NCBI GenBank assembly: GCA_049513055.1
Contig: JBEKWN010000006.1
Coordinates: 160 to 64,159 of the forward strand
DNA: 64,000 nt
Direction: 5' to 3'
Source: Thermodesulfobacteriota bacterium
GTDB lineage: Bacteria > Desulfobacterota > BSN033 > UBA1163
In this document: one piece after another, positions 48,726 to 58,259 of the stretch
Layout of the letters: each line of letters opens with the position of its first letter
Position numbering within the stretch: position 1 is the first letter of the stretch
Program-made: the position numbers and the translations under genes
Notes under the pieces: generated by a model
What the model saw: the letters and a program-made list of their open reading frames with translations, nothing else
The model's database searches: none
What the model was told of the DNA's origin: nothing

Positions 48726-50348
48726 ATGGGGACTTCAATTCTTAAAAGAATATCGAAAGGTGAGATCAAGGGTTGGGTGAGAGGGGAAGTGTTGGATAAT
48801 CTTCCTCCCACTTTTTTTGATGACCCCACCTCTTCTGTTCAGGAGATGGGAGGAGAGGTCATCAAGGAGTCAACCTGGAGGTGGGCGGCTATTTTCTGTT
48901 CACCGAATGGTCGGAGGATTTTTTTAAAGAAAGATAAGACAAAGGGCTGGGCAGAGTATATGAAATATCTTTTTTCCCCCTCAAGGGGACAGAAAGAATT
49001 TCTCATCGCTTCCCTATTAGAGAGGAAGAGTCTCAACATCCCTAAACCCTTGGGCTGGATGGAGAGGGTCCGGAGGGGTTTGGTCAAGGAAAGTTATTAC
49101 CTCTCCGAGGCGATTGGAACAGGGGTTTCATTTATCGAGGAGGTTGCAAAATCAAAAACACCTCATTCAATGATTGAATTAGCGACGACCGTGAGGAAGT
49201 TTCAAGAAGTGGGATTATTTCATCAAGATCTTCACGCCGGAAACTTTTTGTGGGATGGCGACTCCTTATTTCTCACCGATTTACATCGTGCCAAAATCGT
49301 AAAGCCCCTCTCCCTGAACCAGAGGTTATGGAATTTATCACACCTCTTCCATTCTTTAAGATCGATGTGGGGAGAAGGGGAACAACTTCAATTCCTGAAT
49401 CAGTATTTTGAGGGGAGATTCGACGAATCTCAAAGAAGAGAAATGTTACATCAGCAGATTCATCCCGTTATGGGCCGCCTTCAAAAGAGGCAGTGGCGAA
49501 GCAGAACAAAACGTTGTCTGAAGGAAAGCACAGAGTTTACGGTTCAATGGGAGGAGGGGATTCGTTATTTTCATCGAAGGGATTTCCCCATGGGTCGTCT
49601 GAAAAGGGTGATGGAAGAGCACCAAGACCTGGTGAGAGAAAGACCCTTTTCCCTAGTCAAAAATTCTCCAGAAGTGATCGTTTCCATATTGAATGATGAA
49701 GGGGAGAAGATATGTTTGAAACAGTTCCGCACCCCTCATTTCTGGGGGCGGATGAAAGAACATTTCCGTCGCTCGAAAGGGCTTAAGTCCTGGATGGCGG
49801 CCAATGGCATGCGGGCGAGGGGCATTCCGTCTCTGAAACCCCTGGCTTTGGTGGAGAGAAAAAACTGGTTAGGATTGAAGGAGAGTTTTCTATTCATGGA
49901 GGCCCTGGCAAATGATCAAGAGATGGATCGATATATTTTAAAAGGGTTTGAAGATTTAAATAAAAAGAGGCTTTTTATTAAAACCTTTGCCCGTTGGCTT
50001 GATAGTCTTCATAAAATGAGTTTATTTCATAGGGATATGAAAACCTGTAATATCCTCGTCTCAGAAAAAGGAAAGACATGGGATTTCCATCTTCTCGATT
50101 TCGAGGATCTCCTCTTGGGGGAGAAGGTGAATCGAAAAAAATTGTTTAGAAATTTTCTCCAACTCAACACCTCCACTCCTAAAGTCATCACGAAGATTGA
50201 TCGCTTCAGGTTTTTTAGAGAATACCTCCGTCTCAACCCCATCATAAAAGACCAAGGGATTTTTCTCCGGGGGTTAATGAGAGAAAGTCGTCGGAGAGGA
50301 TTAGTTTACGTCTCGCCCCAGGGAGTGGTCACAGAAAGGATGGAATAA
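48726..50348 (+). CDS. Tandem two-domain lipopolysaccharide kinase (Kdo/WaaP family)
   Basis: Two kinase catalytic loops HQDLHAGNFLWDGD and HRDMKTCNILV. Confidence 0.65.
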   Translation: MGTSILKRISKGEIKGWVRGEVLDNLPPTFFDDPTSSVQEMGGEVIKESTWRWAAIFCSPNGRRIFLKKDKTKGWAEYMKYLFSPSRGQKEFLIASLLERKSLNIPKPLGWMERVRRGLVKESYYLSEAIGTGVSFIEEVAKSKTPHSMIELATTVRKFQEVGLFHQDLHAGNFLWDGDSLFLTDLHRAKIVKPLSLNQRLWNLSHLFHSLRSMWGEGEQLQFLNQYFEGRFDESQRREMLHQQIHPVMGRLQKRQWRSRTKRCLKESTEFTVQWEEGIRYFHRRDFPMGRLKRVMEEHQDLVRERPFSLVKNSPEVIVSILNDEGEKICLKQFRTPHFWGRMKEHFRRSKGLKSWMAANGMRARGIPSLKPLALVERKNWLGLKESFLFMEALANDQEMDRYILKGFEDLNKKRLFIKTFARWLDSLHKMSLFHRDMKTCNILVSEKGKTWDFHLLDFEDLLLGEKVNRKKLFRNFLQLNTSTPKVITKIDRFRFFREYLRLNPIIKDQGIFLRGLMRESRRRGLVYVSPQGVVTERME

Positions 50349-50353
50349 ACAGA

Positions 50354-52006
50354 ATGAATCAACGATTTTCCAAAATGAGTCCTCAGCCATGGGCCCAGTT
50401 CGCCCTTCTCCTGGGACTCTGTTTCGTCATTTATTTTGTAAATCTGGGTCAATGGGACCTCTGGAGTCCAGATGAGCCCCGTTACGCTGAGGTTTCAAGA
50501 GAGATGGTGAACGGGGGGGACTGGATTCTCATGCATCGCAATGGGGAACTATACACCGATAAGCCCCCTCTCTTTTTCTGGTTCAATGGCATTTCATCCT
50601 TCCTCTGGCAAGGAGTTACCCCGTTTTCAGTAAGATTCCCCTCTGCCCTCTTTGGGACCTTGACGGTCCTTCTCACTTTTTTCATTGGGAGGAGGCTCTA
50701 TTCATCACGCACAGGGTTCCTCTCTGGGCTCATTTTGGCGACGAGTTTTCAATTCGCCTATCTCTCTACACGGGGCAATATTGATACCACCCTAACCTTC
50801 TTTACCACGGCTTCTATACTTTGTTTTATCCAATGGTATCAAAGCAACCAAGAGGGAGAGATTTCCCTAAAGGGGATGAAGGGTCTCTCTTTTTATGGAT
50901 ACTATGTGGGCATGGCTTTGGCCACCTTAGCCAAGGGACCTGTTGGATTTATCCTTCCCTTATTGGTCACTCTTCTTTTTCTTTTGGTTCAGAAGGATTG
51001 GAAAGGGATCAAGGCCATTAGGCTCCTTCCTGGGATGCTCCTGTTTTTGGCCATCGTCCTGTCATGGTATCTTCCTGCCGTTTTAATGGGAGGAAAAGAT
51101 TACCTCAACGCCACCCTGTTGCACCATTCTTTTGATCGCTTTGCAAAAGGATCAGCCCATATTCGGCCCATCTATTACTATCTCTATCAGTTTCCGCCTA
51201 ACTTTTTGCCCTGGATCATTTTTCTCCCTGCTGCCATGGCTTATGGTTTTTCTAGAGCGATGATAGCAAAGAGAAAAGAATTTCTTTTTCTAATGATCTG
51301 GTTCATTTGTATCTTTGGATTTTTTACTCTGTCTAAGGGAAAAAGAGGACTTTACTTTTTACCTCTCTTCCCGGCTGTATCGCTGATGGTCGGGAGGCTT
51401 TGGGAAGATTTTGTCTCTTTTTCGATGAAACATTTTCGGCATGAATGGATCACGATTCCCCTTTATGGATTGATGGGAGTGATTTGTGTGGCCGGTGTTG
51501 CCCTGCCATGGGTGATTTCGGCAAAACTTCCTTCTTACTTTTCCTATAGCCTCCCTGTTGCCTTTCTCTTGGTCGGAGTGAGCATTGGTCTATTTGTGCT
51601 TAACCGGTTTAAGTATTACGGAGCCATTTTTTTACTTCTCATCGGGATGATGGCAGGAGGATTTTTCTATGCATTGAGGGTTGTGTTCCCCCTTGTGAAT
51701 CCCTACAAATCATCCCGTTTCATTTGTCAGGAGATCACTACACGAATGCAACCCGGTGAGAAATTAGCCATCTATGGAGATTTTGAACCGGGTCCTTTTA
51801 ATTTTTATACAGGAATCGTTCCCATCCCGGTGTTGGAGGAGGAAGAGGCCCTCTTGCATTTTTTAAGGTCTCCGGAGAGGGGCTTCTGTCTGCTTAAATC
51901 CAGAGATTTTTTAAAATTTCAGAGCATAGAAGGTAGACCAGAAGTTCAATTGATCGTTCGACGTAGGATAGGCGATGGTGATTTTGTCTTGATTTCCAAC
52001 CGATAA
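50354..52006 (+). CDS. GT-C ArnT/PMT_2-like paralog 4 (full length)
   Basis: DEPRYAEVSREM...DKPPLFFW. Confidence 0.8.
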   Translation: MNQRFSKMSPQPWAQFALLLGLCFVIYFVNLGQWDLWSPDEPRYAEVSREMVNGGDWILMHRNGELYTDKPPLFFWFNGISSFLWQGVTPFSVRFPSALFGTLTVLLTFFIGRRLYSSRTGFLSGLILATSFQFAYLSTRGNIDTTLTFFTTASILCFIQWYQSNQEGEISLKGMKGLSFYGYYVGMALATLAKGPVGFILPLLVTLLFLLVQKDWKGIKAIRLLPGMLLFLAIVLSWYLPAVLMGGKDYLNATLLHHSFDRFAKGSAHIRPIYYYLYQFPPNFLPWIIFLPAAMAYGFSRAMIAKRKEFLFLMIWFICIFGFFTLSKGKRGLYFLPLFPAVSLMVGRLWEDFVSFSMKHFRHEWITIPLYGLMGVICVAGVALPWVISAKLPSYFSYSLPVAFLLVGVSIGLFVLNRFKYYGAIFLLLIGMMAGGFFYALRVVFPLVNPYKSSRFICQEITTRMQPGEKLAIYGDFEPGPFNFYTGIVPIPVLEEEEALLHFLRSPERGFCLLKSRDFLKFQSIEGRPEVQLIVRRRIGDGDFVLISNR

Positions 52007-52027
52007 GGTCTGAAAACCTATAAGGCT

Positions 52028-52753
52028 ATGAAAAATTCTGAACCCATAGAAATCTCTGTGGTGGTGCCTGTCTATAATGAAGAGGGAAACCTTCCACTTT
52101 TAATTCCTAAGCTGGTGGAGGTTTTAAAGGGCCTTGGACGCTCCTACGAAATGATCTTCGTGGATGATGGAAGTTCAGATAAAAGCCGAAGGATTCTGGT
52201 AGAAATGGCCTCTCAATATCCTTCGCTCCGAATCCTTCGTTCTAAGGAGAACCGTGGGTTAAGCACGGCCCTTTTGATAGGAATGAGGGAGGCCCGGGGG
52301 GAGAAAATCGTCACCTTAGATTCAGACCTTCAGAATGATCCTGCCGATATTCCCAGATTATTGGAATATTTAGATTATTATGATATGGCGACGGGGTGGC
52401 GTCAGAAAAGGGAAGATTCATGGCTGAAGAAAATCTCTGCTAAAATCGCTAACGCCGTTCGGAACTGGGTGAGCGGTGAAAACATCCACGACAGTGCATG
52501 TACCCTCCGAGCATTCAAAAAGGAATGTATCCAAGATATCCCGGCCTTTAATGGGATGCATCGGTTTCTTTCTACGTTGGTCAAGATGGAAGGATATCGG
52601 ATCATTGAAGTTCCAGTTTCTCACCATCCGAGAAGGTTTGGGAAGTCAAAATACAATATTCGAAACCGCATGGTACGATCCTTCATCGACCTGCTAGCCG
52701 TGAGATGGATGAAACGGCGCACCATCCACTATGATATTGAGGAAAGGGTTTAA
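52028..52753 (+). CDS. GT2 polyprenyl-phosphate sugar transferase (ArnC/DPM1-like), paralog 2
   Basis: SVVVPVYNEEGNL, DDGSSD, DSDLQNDP. Confidence 0.85.
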   Translation: MKNSEPIEISVVVPVYNEEGNLPLLIPKLVEVLKGLGRSYEMIFVDDGSSDKSRRILVEMASQYPSLRILRSKENRGLSTALLIGMREARGEKIVTLDSDLQNDPADIPRLLEYLDYYDMATGWRQKREDSWLKKISAKIANAVRNWVSGENIHDSACTLRAFKKECIQDIPAFNGMHRFLSTLVKMEGYRIIEVPVSHHPRRFGKSKYNIRNRMVRSFIDLLAVRWMKRRTIHYDIEERV

Positions 52754-52754
52754 G

Positions 52755-53045
52755 ATGGAATGTCTAACGTTTCTGGGTTTCGCGCTCGATTGTTTCAGAG
52801 ATTTCTCAGCCAGATATCCAAAATTCGATTTGGACTTCTGGCTGGTCTTTGGTTTCATTGGATCAGTGATGTTTACCATGAGGTTCATCGTCCAAGGGAT
52901 CGCTTCTGAGAAAAAGAAGGAGAGCGTCATTCCTGTCTCTTTCTGGTATCTCAGTTTAGCCGGGGGATTGATTGTCCTCTTTAATGCCATTCATCGCATG
53001 GATCCGGTTTTCATCCTGGCCTATTTGCCAGGGAATTTTATTTAA
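52755..53045 (+). CDS. LAB_N-domain small membrane protein, paralog 2
   Basis: RFIVQGIASEKKKESVIPVSFWYLSLAGGLIVLFNAI. Confidence 0.6.
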   Translation: MECLTFLGFALDCFRDFSARYPKFDLDFWLVFGFIGSVMFTMRFIVQGIASEKKKESVIPVSFWYLSLAGGLIVLFNAIHRMDPVFILAYLPGNFI

Positions 53046-53116
53046 GAAACCCTTACTTTATTTACAAGAAAAAGAGAGTCTCTCCCCATCTGGTTCAATA
53101 AAAAAGAGAGGATGTT

Positions 53117-53674
53117 ATGGACGACAAGAGGACGTCTTGGCAGAGGAAAGTCCGAAGGATTCCACTTTTTATCGGAGCCTTTTTATTGGTGATCTTTGCG
53201 AAACCCCAATTCCCTGGGATCTTGATTGGGGTGATTTTGATCTTTTTAGGGGAAGGCATTCGTATCTGGGCGGCAGGTCATCTTCAAAAGAACGAGGTTC
53301 TGACGGTGACAGGCCCTTATGCTTATGTCAAGAATCCACTCTACATCGGTTCGATTTTTATTACGGCAGGCTTTTGCATCCTGGCGGACAATATCTATCT
53401 TCTGGCGGCAGCCTTCTTTATGTTCTGCTTCCATTACATTCCCTATAAGAAGAGGGTGGAGGGAGATCGGTTGAGAAAGATTTTTGGGAGCCGATTTGAG
53501 GATTATGACGAGAAGGTTCCGGATTACCTTCCCCGACGGACTCCCTATTCGAACGAAAAAGTCTCCTGGCAATTCAGATGCTTTATTGAAAACAGCGAAG
53601 AGGGAATTCTCCTCATCATCCTTGCTGGAATCGTGCTGATCCTGAGCCGCCCCTATTGGGGCCTCTTATTTTAA
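53117..53674 (+). CDS. Isoprenylcysteine carboxyl methyltransferase / PEMT-family membrane methyltransferase
   Basis: VTGPYAYVKNPLYIGS...R...EE..L...FG..Y..Y...VP motif region. Confidence 0.7.
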   Translation: MDDKRTSWQRKVRRIPLFIGAFLLVIFAKPQFPGILIGVILIFLGEGIRIWAAGHLQKNEVLTVTGPYAYVKNPLYIGSIFITAGFCILADNIYLLAAAFFMFCFHYIPYKKRVEGDRLRKIFGSRFEDYDEKVPDYLPRRTPYSNEKVSWQFRCFIENSEEGILLIILAGIVLILSRPYWGLLF

Positions 53675-53684
53675 AGGAGCGGAA

Positions 53685-54299
53685 GTGAAGCGAGAAGATT
53701 TTGAACACGGGGTTGTCTCCTGTGTCAAGGGAAAAGCCTTTGGGAAACCTGACTTGAATCAGGTCAAGGTGGAAGGTCGGTCCTTGATGGTGAAGGATGT
53801 CCGAAGAAAGAATTTTTTTTTGCGATGGACATTAGGACTTTGGTTAATTCATAAAGAATGGAAGATTTATTCCCGGCTCACCGGGATGAAAGGCATTCCC
53901 CAGCCTGTGGGGCGCATTGACCGCTTTGCTTTTGCCATGGAGTTCATCCCAGGAAGACCCATCCTGAGAGGAGAGCCCCTTCCTTCTTCTTTTTTCTCTG
54001 ATTTAGAAAGAGTGCTCAGAGAAGTTCATGACAGGGGAGTGGTCCACTTGGATTTGAGACATAAGGGGAACATCCTCGTCTCTGAAAACGGAGAACCTTT
54101 CCTCATCGACTTCAATAGCAGTTTTGCTTTTAAAGAAAAAAGATTCCTCCGGCGTTATCTTTTTCCTCTGCTCAGGTGGGTGGATTATGGAGGATTGCTA
54201 AAATTGAAAAAGAGAATTTCTCCTTCCTCGATGACTCCCGAGGAACTTGCCTTCCTCAAAGGGTTTGATCGGCTTCGAAGACTCTGGATCTTCAATTAA
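53685..54299 (+). CDS. Kdo-kinase (KdkA)/lipopolysaccharide-kinase-like protein
   Basis: VVHLDLRHKGNILVSENGEPFLIDFNSS catalytic-loop-like region. Confidence 0.55.
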   Translation: MKREDFEHGVVSCVKGKAFGKPDLNQVKVEGRSLMVKDVRRKNFFLRWTLGLWLIHKEWKIYSRLTGMKGIPQPVGRIDRFAFAMEFIPGRPILRGEPLPSSFFSDLERVLREVHDRGVVHLDLRHKGNILVSENGEPFLIDFNSSFAFKEKRFLRRYLFPLLRWVDYGGLLKLKKRISPSSMTPEELAFLKGFDRLRRLWIFN

Positions 54300-54381
54300 A
54301 CATAACACCGCTCGATCGTTAAGTTCGTTTAGATCGTTCATTTCGTCAAACGATCAAAACGTTCTAAACGGTTGTACCGTT

Positions 54382-54825
54382 CTAACCGGTCTTAATAATA
54401 CACTGGAAGAGTTCCTTCTGCTTGAGGGTCATCTCCCGGGCCCCCTTTTTCGTCCCCTCATGCTCATAGCCAATCAAATGAAGCACCCCATGGACCATTA
54501 GGAGGATGACCATTTCCATTTCATCGAGGCCAAACCGATTCGATTGACGCTTGGCCGTCTCAACCGAAATCACAAGGTCTCCAAGGAGATGGGGATGGAG
54601 GGCCGAGAACTCTCCCTTCCTCATGGGGAAGGCCAGGACGTTGGTCGGTTTATCCCGATGGAGGTATCGCCGATTCAACGCTTGAATCTGGAGATCATTG
54701 ACAAACAGGAGGCTAAGCTCAGCCTCAAGAAGCCCCAATTCGGTCAATATCCTTTGGGCCACCCTTCTTATTTTTCTTAAGTTTAAGGGGATATGTTTTT
54801 GCCGATTTCGAATCCAGATCTTCAT
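54382..54825 (-). CDS. ybeY: Endoribonuclease YbeY
   Basis: HGVLHLIGYEHE zinc motif; start placed at MKIWIRN. Confidence 0.85.
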   Translation of the reverse strand: MKIWIRNRQKHIPLNLRKIRRVAQRILTELGLLEAELSLLFVNDLQIQALNRRYLHRDKPTNVLAFPMRKGEFSALHPHLLGDLVISVETAKRQSNRFGLDEMEMVILLMVHGVLHLIGYEHEGTKKGAREMTLKQKELFQCIIKTG

Positions 54826-57121
54826 CGTTCCTCTTCTTAGGTGATTCCGAGCTTGTTGAAAGGGGATAGTCAATTCTCTGGTGAAAAATAGCTGTTAGAA
54901 TTCGATCAAAACTCTCTTGGATTTTTTGAAGGTCCTTCAGAGTCAATTCACACTCTTCCAGCTGTCCATCCAAAAAGATGTTGTTCGTAATCCGTTGGAC
55001 CAGGCTCTTGATTCGAGAAGGCGTGGGATCGGTGAGGGCGCGAGAGGCGGCCTCTACCGAATCGGCCAGCATGACAATCCCGGCTTCTTTGGTCTGGGGT
55101 TTGGGGCCGGGATAACGGAAATCGTTCTCATTGATCGATTCCATCTCAGGATTTTCTTTTTCCTTGGCCTTTTGAAAAAAGTAGGAAATCAGACTTGTCC
55201 CATGATGTTGTTGAATGATGTGGCCGATTCGTTCCCCCAGACGATTTTCACGAGCCATCTCCACCCCGTCCTTGACATGAGAAATGAGAATGAGGCTCGA
55301 CATTGTGGGAATGAGATGGTCGTGTTTATTTTCTCCCCCCCCAACGTTTTCAATGAAGTAAAGAGGTTTTTTCAACTTTCCAATGTCATGATAATAAGCA
55401 CTGACCCTCGCCAACAAGGGGTTGGCTGCAATGGATTTGGCAGCCGCCTCCACCAGACTTCCGACAATAATGCTATGGTGATAGGTGCCGGGAACCTGAA
55501 GAATAAGGTCCTTGAGGATGGGATGGTCCATATTGGCCAATTCGAGCAGTTTGATATCTGTGGTGTAGCCGAACAAGCTTTCAATGATGGGAGCAATTCC
55601 CAAGACAAGGACCGGAGCAAGAATGCCTCCCAGAAAACCCATCATCAGATCAGAGAGAAGGGTCATTTTGAAAGGATTTCCAGAAATCAGGTTGTAAGAG
55701 ATGATCATGAGGATATTGATCCCTCCCACGGTGATTCCAGCCTTGATGAGGACGCTCCTCTGTTCGCATCGCGCCACCTTATGAGCACCGATCACACTCC
55801 CCACAAAGGTGAAAATGAAATAGAAAAGTTGATTTCCCATCAAGGCGGCTGAGAAATAACTGGCCAGGAGGGAGAAGACGATAGCCACCTCTGAGTTGAG
55901 GACGATCCGAACAAGCATAGCACCCGTGGCGATGGGAAAGAGATAGAGGTAAGAAGAAGAGGGGATGGAGAAAAATTCTCCTCCCAGAACATCCGTACTC
56001 AGTTGGAAAAGTTTGAGTAAGGCAATAATCCCAAGCAGAGCGGTAGAGAAGAAAAGGAGATCTTTCTGGGAAAGGGCGATCTTTCGGATGTTTTGCGTTG
56101 AGAATTGATAGAGGCTGACTAAGATAAGGAAAGTTAGAAGACCCATGCCGATGAGAATGGCCAGGAGGTGTGTTCTTTCCTGTGCCTTCTTGAGAGCCTT
56201 GATTTTTAAAAGATGCTCTTCTTGTACCCGCTCCCCGGGCCTCAGGATCACCTCTCCTCTTTTGACCTGAAAATAGACGGGATTGATCTTTTCTCTTGCA
56301 TTTATTTTTTTCTCTTCGGTTTCATCTTTATTAAAGGTGAGATTTGGCCTCAGAAAATGTTCAGCGATCTTCAGAGCAATGGCTGATGTTTCTTTCCCCA
56401 GAACAGGAGTGAGGAGAGCCGCCTGAGCCCGGAGTTTTGCCCTGGCTTCCTTAAAATCTAAAAAGGTAAAAGGAGGAAAGTTCTTTCTCTCCTCGCGGGT
56501 CTGGATATTCCGGATGACGATTCCTTTTTCTGCATCTGGGTCAAGAAGTTCTTTATCATTGACGATCCCTTTTTTCAGGATGGGAGCAATTATTTTCAAG
56601 GCGGCCTCTCCGATGGCGGGATGGAAGCTTTCCTTTTCCAGAATTTGCCATTCCCTTTGTGTGAGGGGAAAGCGGAGAGAGGAATCCCATTCCTTTTTTC
56701 TTAGAGCATTTTGATCCCCCCCTTTCTCCCTTTTCTGGAAAGAGGCAGCCAGTGATTCAAACGTCGATCGGATTCGATTTTCAGACTCGCTGAGAATAGC
56801 TGGATCGTAGTCATAGACTGAGAGTACAGATCTTTCTGCTTCAGCACGTTTCTCTTGAGTCGACTTTTCATCCTCGACCAGAAGATCCTGCGTGGATTTG
56901 ATCTCCTTGGTAGCGATGTCCCCCACCTTGTATTCTTTAAGATGGAGGGTCAGACTCGGGGAGAGGAGGAGAGTAAGAATGATGGCGATTCCAATGCCAA
57001 CAAACCATTTCTGATAAGAGGGGGTTTTGATCCTCTCCAGCCATGAGCGGTCTCTCAGGCCATTGGTGGTTTTGAGAAAGGGAAGATCGAGGATGAATTT
57101 TTTGATGGAGTTTTTTATCAC
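54725..57121 (-). CDS. 7TM-receptor with intracellular HD hydrolase (PgpH/YqfF-like)
   Basis: Extracellular domain, 7 TM, HD/HDIG motifs (HSIIVG, YYHDIGK); canonical phoH-yqfF-ybeY order. Confidence 0.85.
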   Translation of the reverse strand: MIKNSIKKFILDLPFLKTTNGLRDRSWLERIKTPSYQKWFVGIGIAIILTLLLSPSLTLHLKEYKVGDIATKEIKSTQDLLVEDEKSTQEKRAEAERSVLSVYDYDPAILSESENRIRSTFESLAASFQKREKGGDQNALRKKEWDSSLRFPLTQREWQILEKESFHPAIGEAALKIIAPILKKGIVNDKELLDPDAEKGIVIRNIQTREERKNFPPFTFLDFKEARAKLRAQAALLTPVLGKETSAIALKIAEHFLRPNLTFNKDETEEKKINAREKINPVYFQVKRGEVILRPGERVQEEHLLKIKALKKAQERTHLLAILIGMGLLTFLILVSLYQFSTQNIRKIALSQKDLLFFSTALLGIIALLKLFQLSTDVLGGEFFSIPSSSYLYLFPIATGAMLVRIVLNSEVAIVFSLLASYFSAALMGNQLFYFIFTFVGSVIGAHKVARCEQRSVLIKAGITVGGINILMIISYNLISGNPFKMTLLSDLMMGFLGGILAPVLVLGIAPIIESLFGYTTDIKLLELANMDHPILKDLILQVPGTYHHSIIVGSLVEAAAKSIAANPLLARVSAYYHDIGKLKKPLYFIENVGGGENKHDHLIPTMSSLILISHVKDGVEMARENRLGERIGHIIQQHHGTSLISYFFQKAKEKENPEMESINENDFRYPGPKPQTKEAGIVMLADSVEAASRALTDPTPSRIKSLVQRITNNIFLDGQLEECELTLKDLQKIQESFDRILTAIFHQRIDYPLSTSSESPKKRNDEDLDSKSAKTYPLKLKKNKKGGPKDIDRIGAS

Positions 57122-58122
57122 GGGTCGTTAAGGAGAGTTTTTTGGCGATGGCGCCTTTCCTCTGCTCTTTCATAAGCCTTGATAATTTCCTGAACAAGGG
57201 GATGTCTGACGACATCCTTGTCCGAGAAATAAACAAATTCAATTCCTTCGATTCCTTTAAGGATGCCCTGGATTTCGATCAACCCCGAAACCTTATTTTC
57301 TGGAAGATCTACTTGGGTAATATCCCCTGTAATGACAGCCTTGGAACTATAACCCAATCGTGTCAAAAACATCTTCATCTGTTCTGGCCCTGTATTTTGT
57401 GCCTCGTCGAGGATGACGAAGGAATCGTTGAGAGTCCTTCCCCTCATGAAGGCTAAGGGAGCCACTTCGATCACACCCCTCTCCACGAGTTTGGAGGCCC
57501 GATCAAAATCCATCATATCGTGTAAGGCATCGTAAAGCGGACGAAGATAGGGATTGACCTTCTCAGAAATATCACCAGGAAGGAATCCTAACTTCTCCCC
57601 GGCTTCTACAGCAGGACGGGTCAAGACAATCCTCTCGACCTCCTGTTTCATAAGGCTGGCGACCGCCATGGCCATGGCCAGATAGGTCTTTCCTGTTCCA
57701 GCAGGTCCAATACCAATCACGAGATCATATTTCCGAATGGCATCAATATAACGCTTTTGAGCGAGGCTCTTGGGTGTGATCACCCTCTTCCTGGAAGAAA
57801 TATAAACGGTATCGAGAAAGATATTTTCGAGGTTAACATTCCGATCATCGGAGATCATTCGAATGGCATAATCGATATCGGTTGGGTAAAGGGGGTAGCC
57901 TTTTTTCAGGAGGGCATAAAGATTGTTCAGAACACGTCTTGAAAGATTGACATCCAGCTCTTCACCTTGGATGGTGAGGGCATTGCCTTTGGCATTGATC
58001 TTTACTCCAATGGTTCGGGCAATGCGTCTTAAATTTTCACTGTGAGCGCCGAAAAGGGCATTGGCCATCTGGAGATCATCAAAGATGACCTTTTCGACGG
58101 TTTCCTCTTGCTGTTCTTTCAA
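57118..58122 (-). CDS. phoH: PhoH family ATPase
   Basis: Walker A GPAGTGKTYLA; KH-like N-terminus. Confidence 0.9.
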   Translation of the reverse strand: MKEQQEETVEKVIFDDLQMANALFGAHSENLRRIARTIGVKINAKGNALTIQGEELDVNLSRRVLNNLYALLKKGYPLYPTDIDYAIRMISDDRNVNLENIFLDTVYISSRKRVITPKSLAQKRYIDAIRKYDLVIGIGPAGTGKTYLAMAMAVASLMKQEVERIVLTRPAVEAGEKLGFLPGDISEKVNPYLRPLYDALHDMMDFDRASKLVERGVIEVAPLAFMRGRTLNDSFVILDEAQNTGPEQMKMFLTRLGYSSKAVITGDITQVDLPENKVSGLIEIQGILKGIEGIEFVYFSDKDVVRHPLVQEIIKAYERAEERRHRQKTLLNDP

Positions 58123-58259
58123 AAATAAACCTTCACCCCATGATGACCTGTCTACACCTGCCTGTCGGCAGACAGGGTAGGCAAGAAGGGTTCTTTAATA
58201 TTAACCAATCATATCACCTTAAATCTTGGATTGCAATATTCCTCTCCGGCTATCTCTTT

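Noticed and set aside
54917-55852. 311-aa plus-strand ORF
   Set aside because: Entirely antisense to the 7TM-HD gene; no recognisable domain; typical shadow ORF
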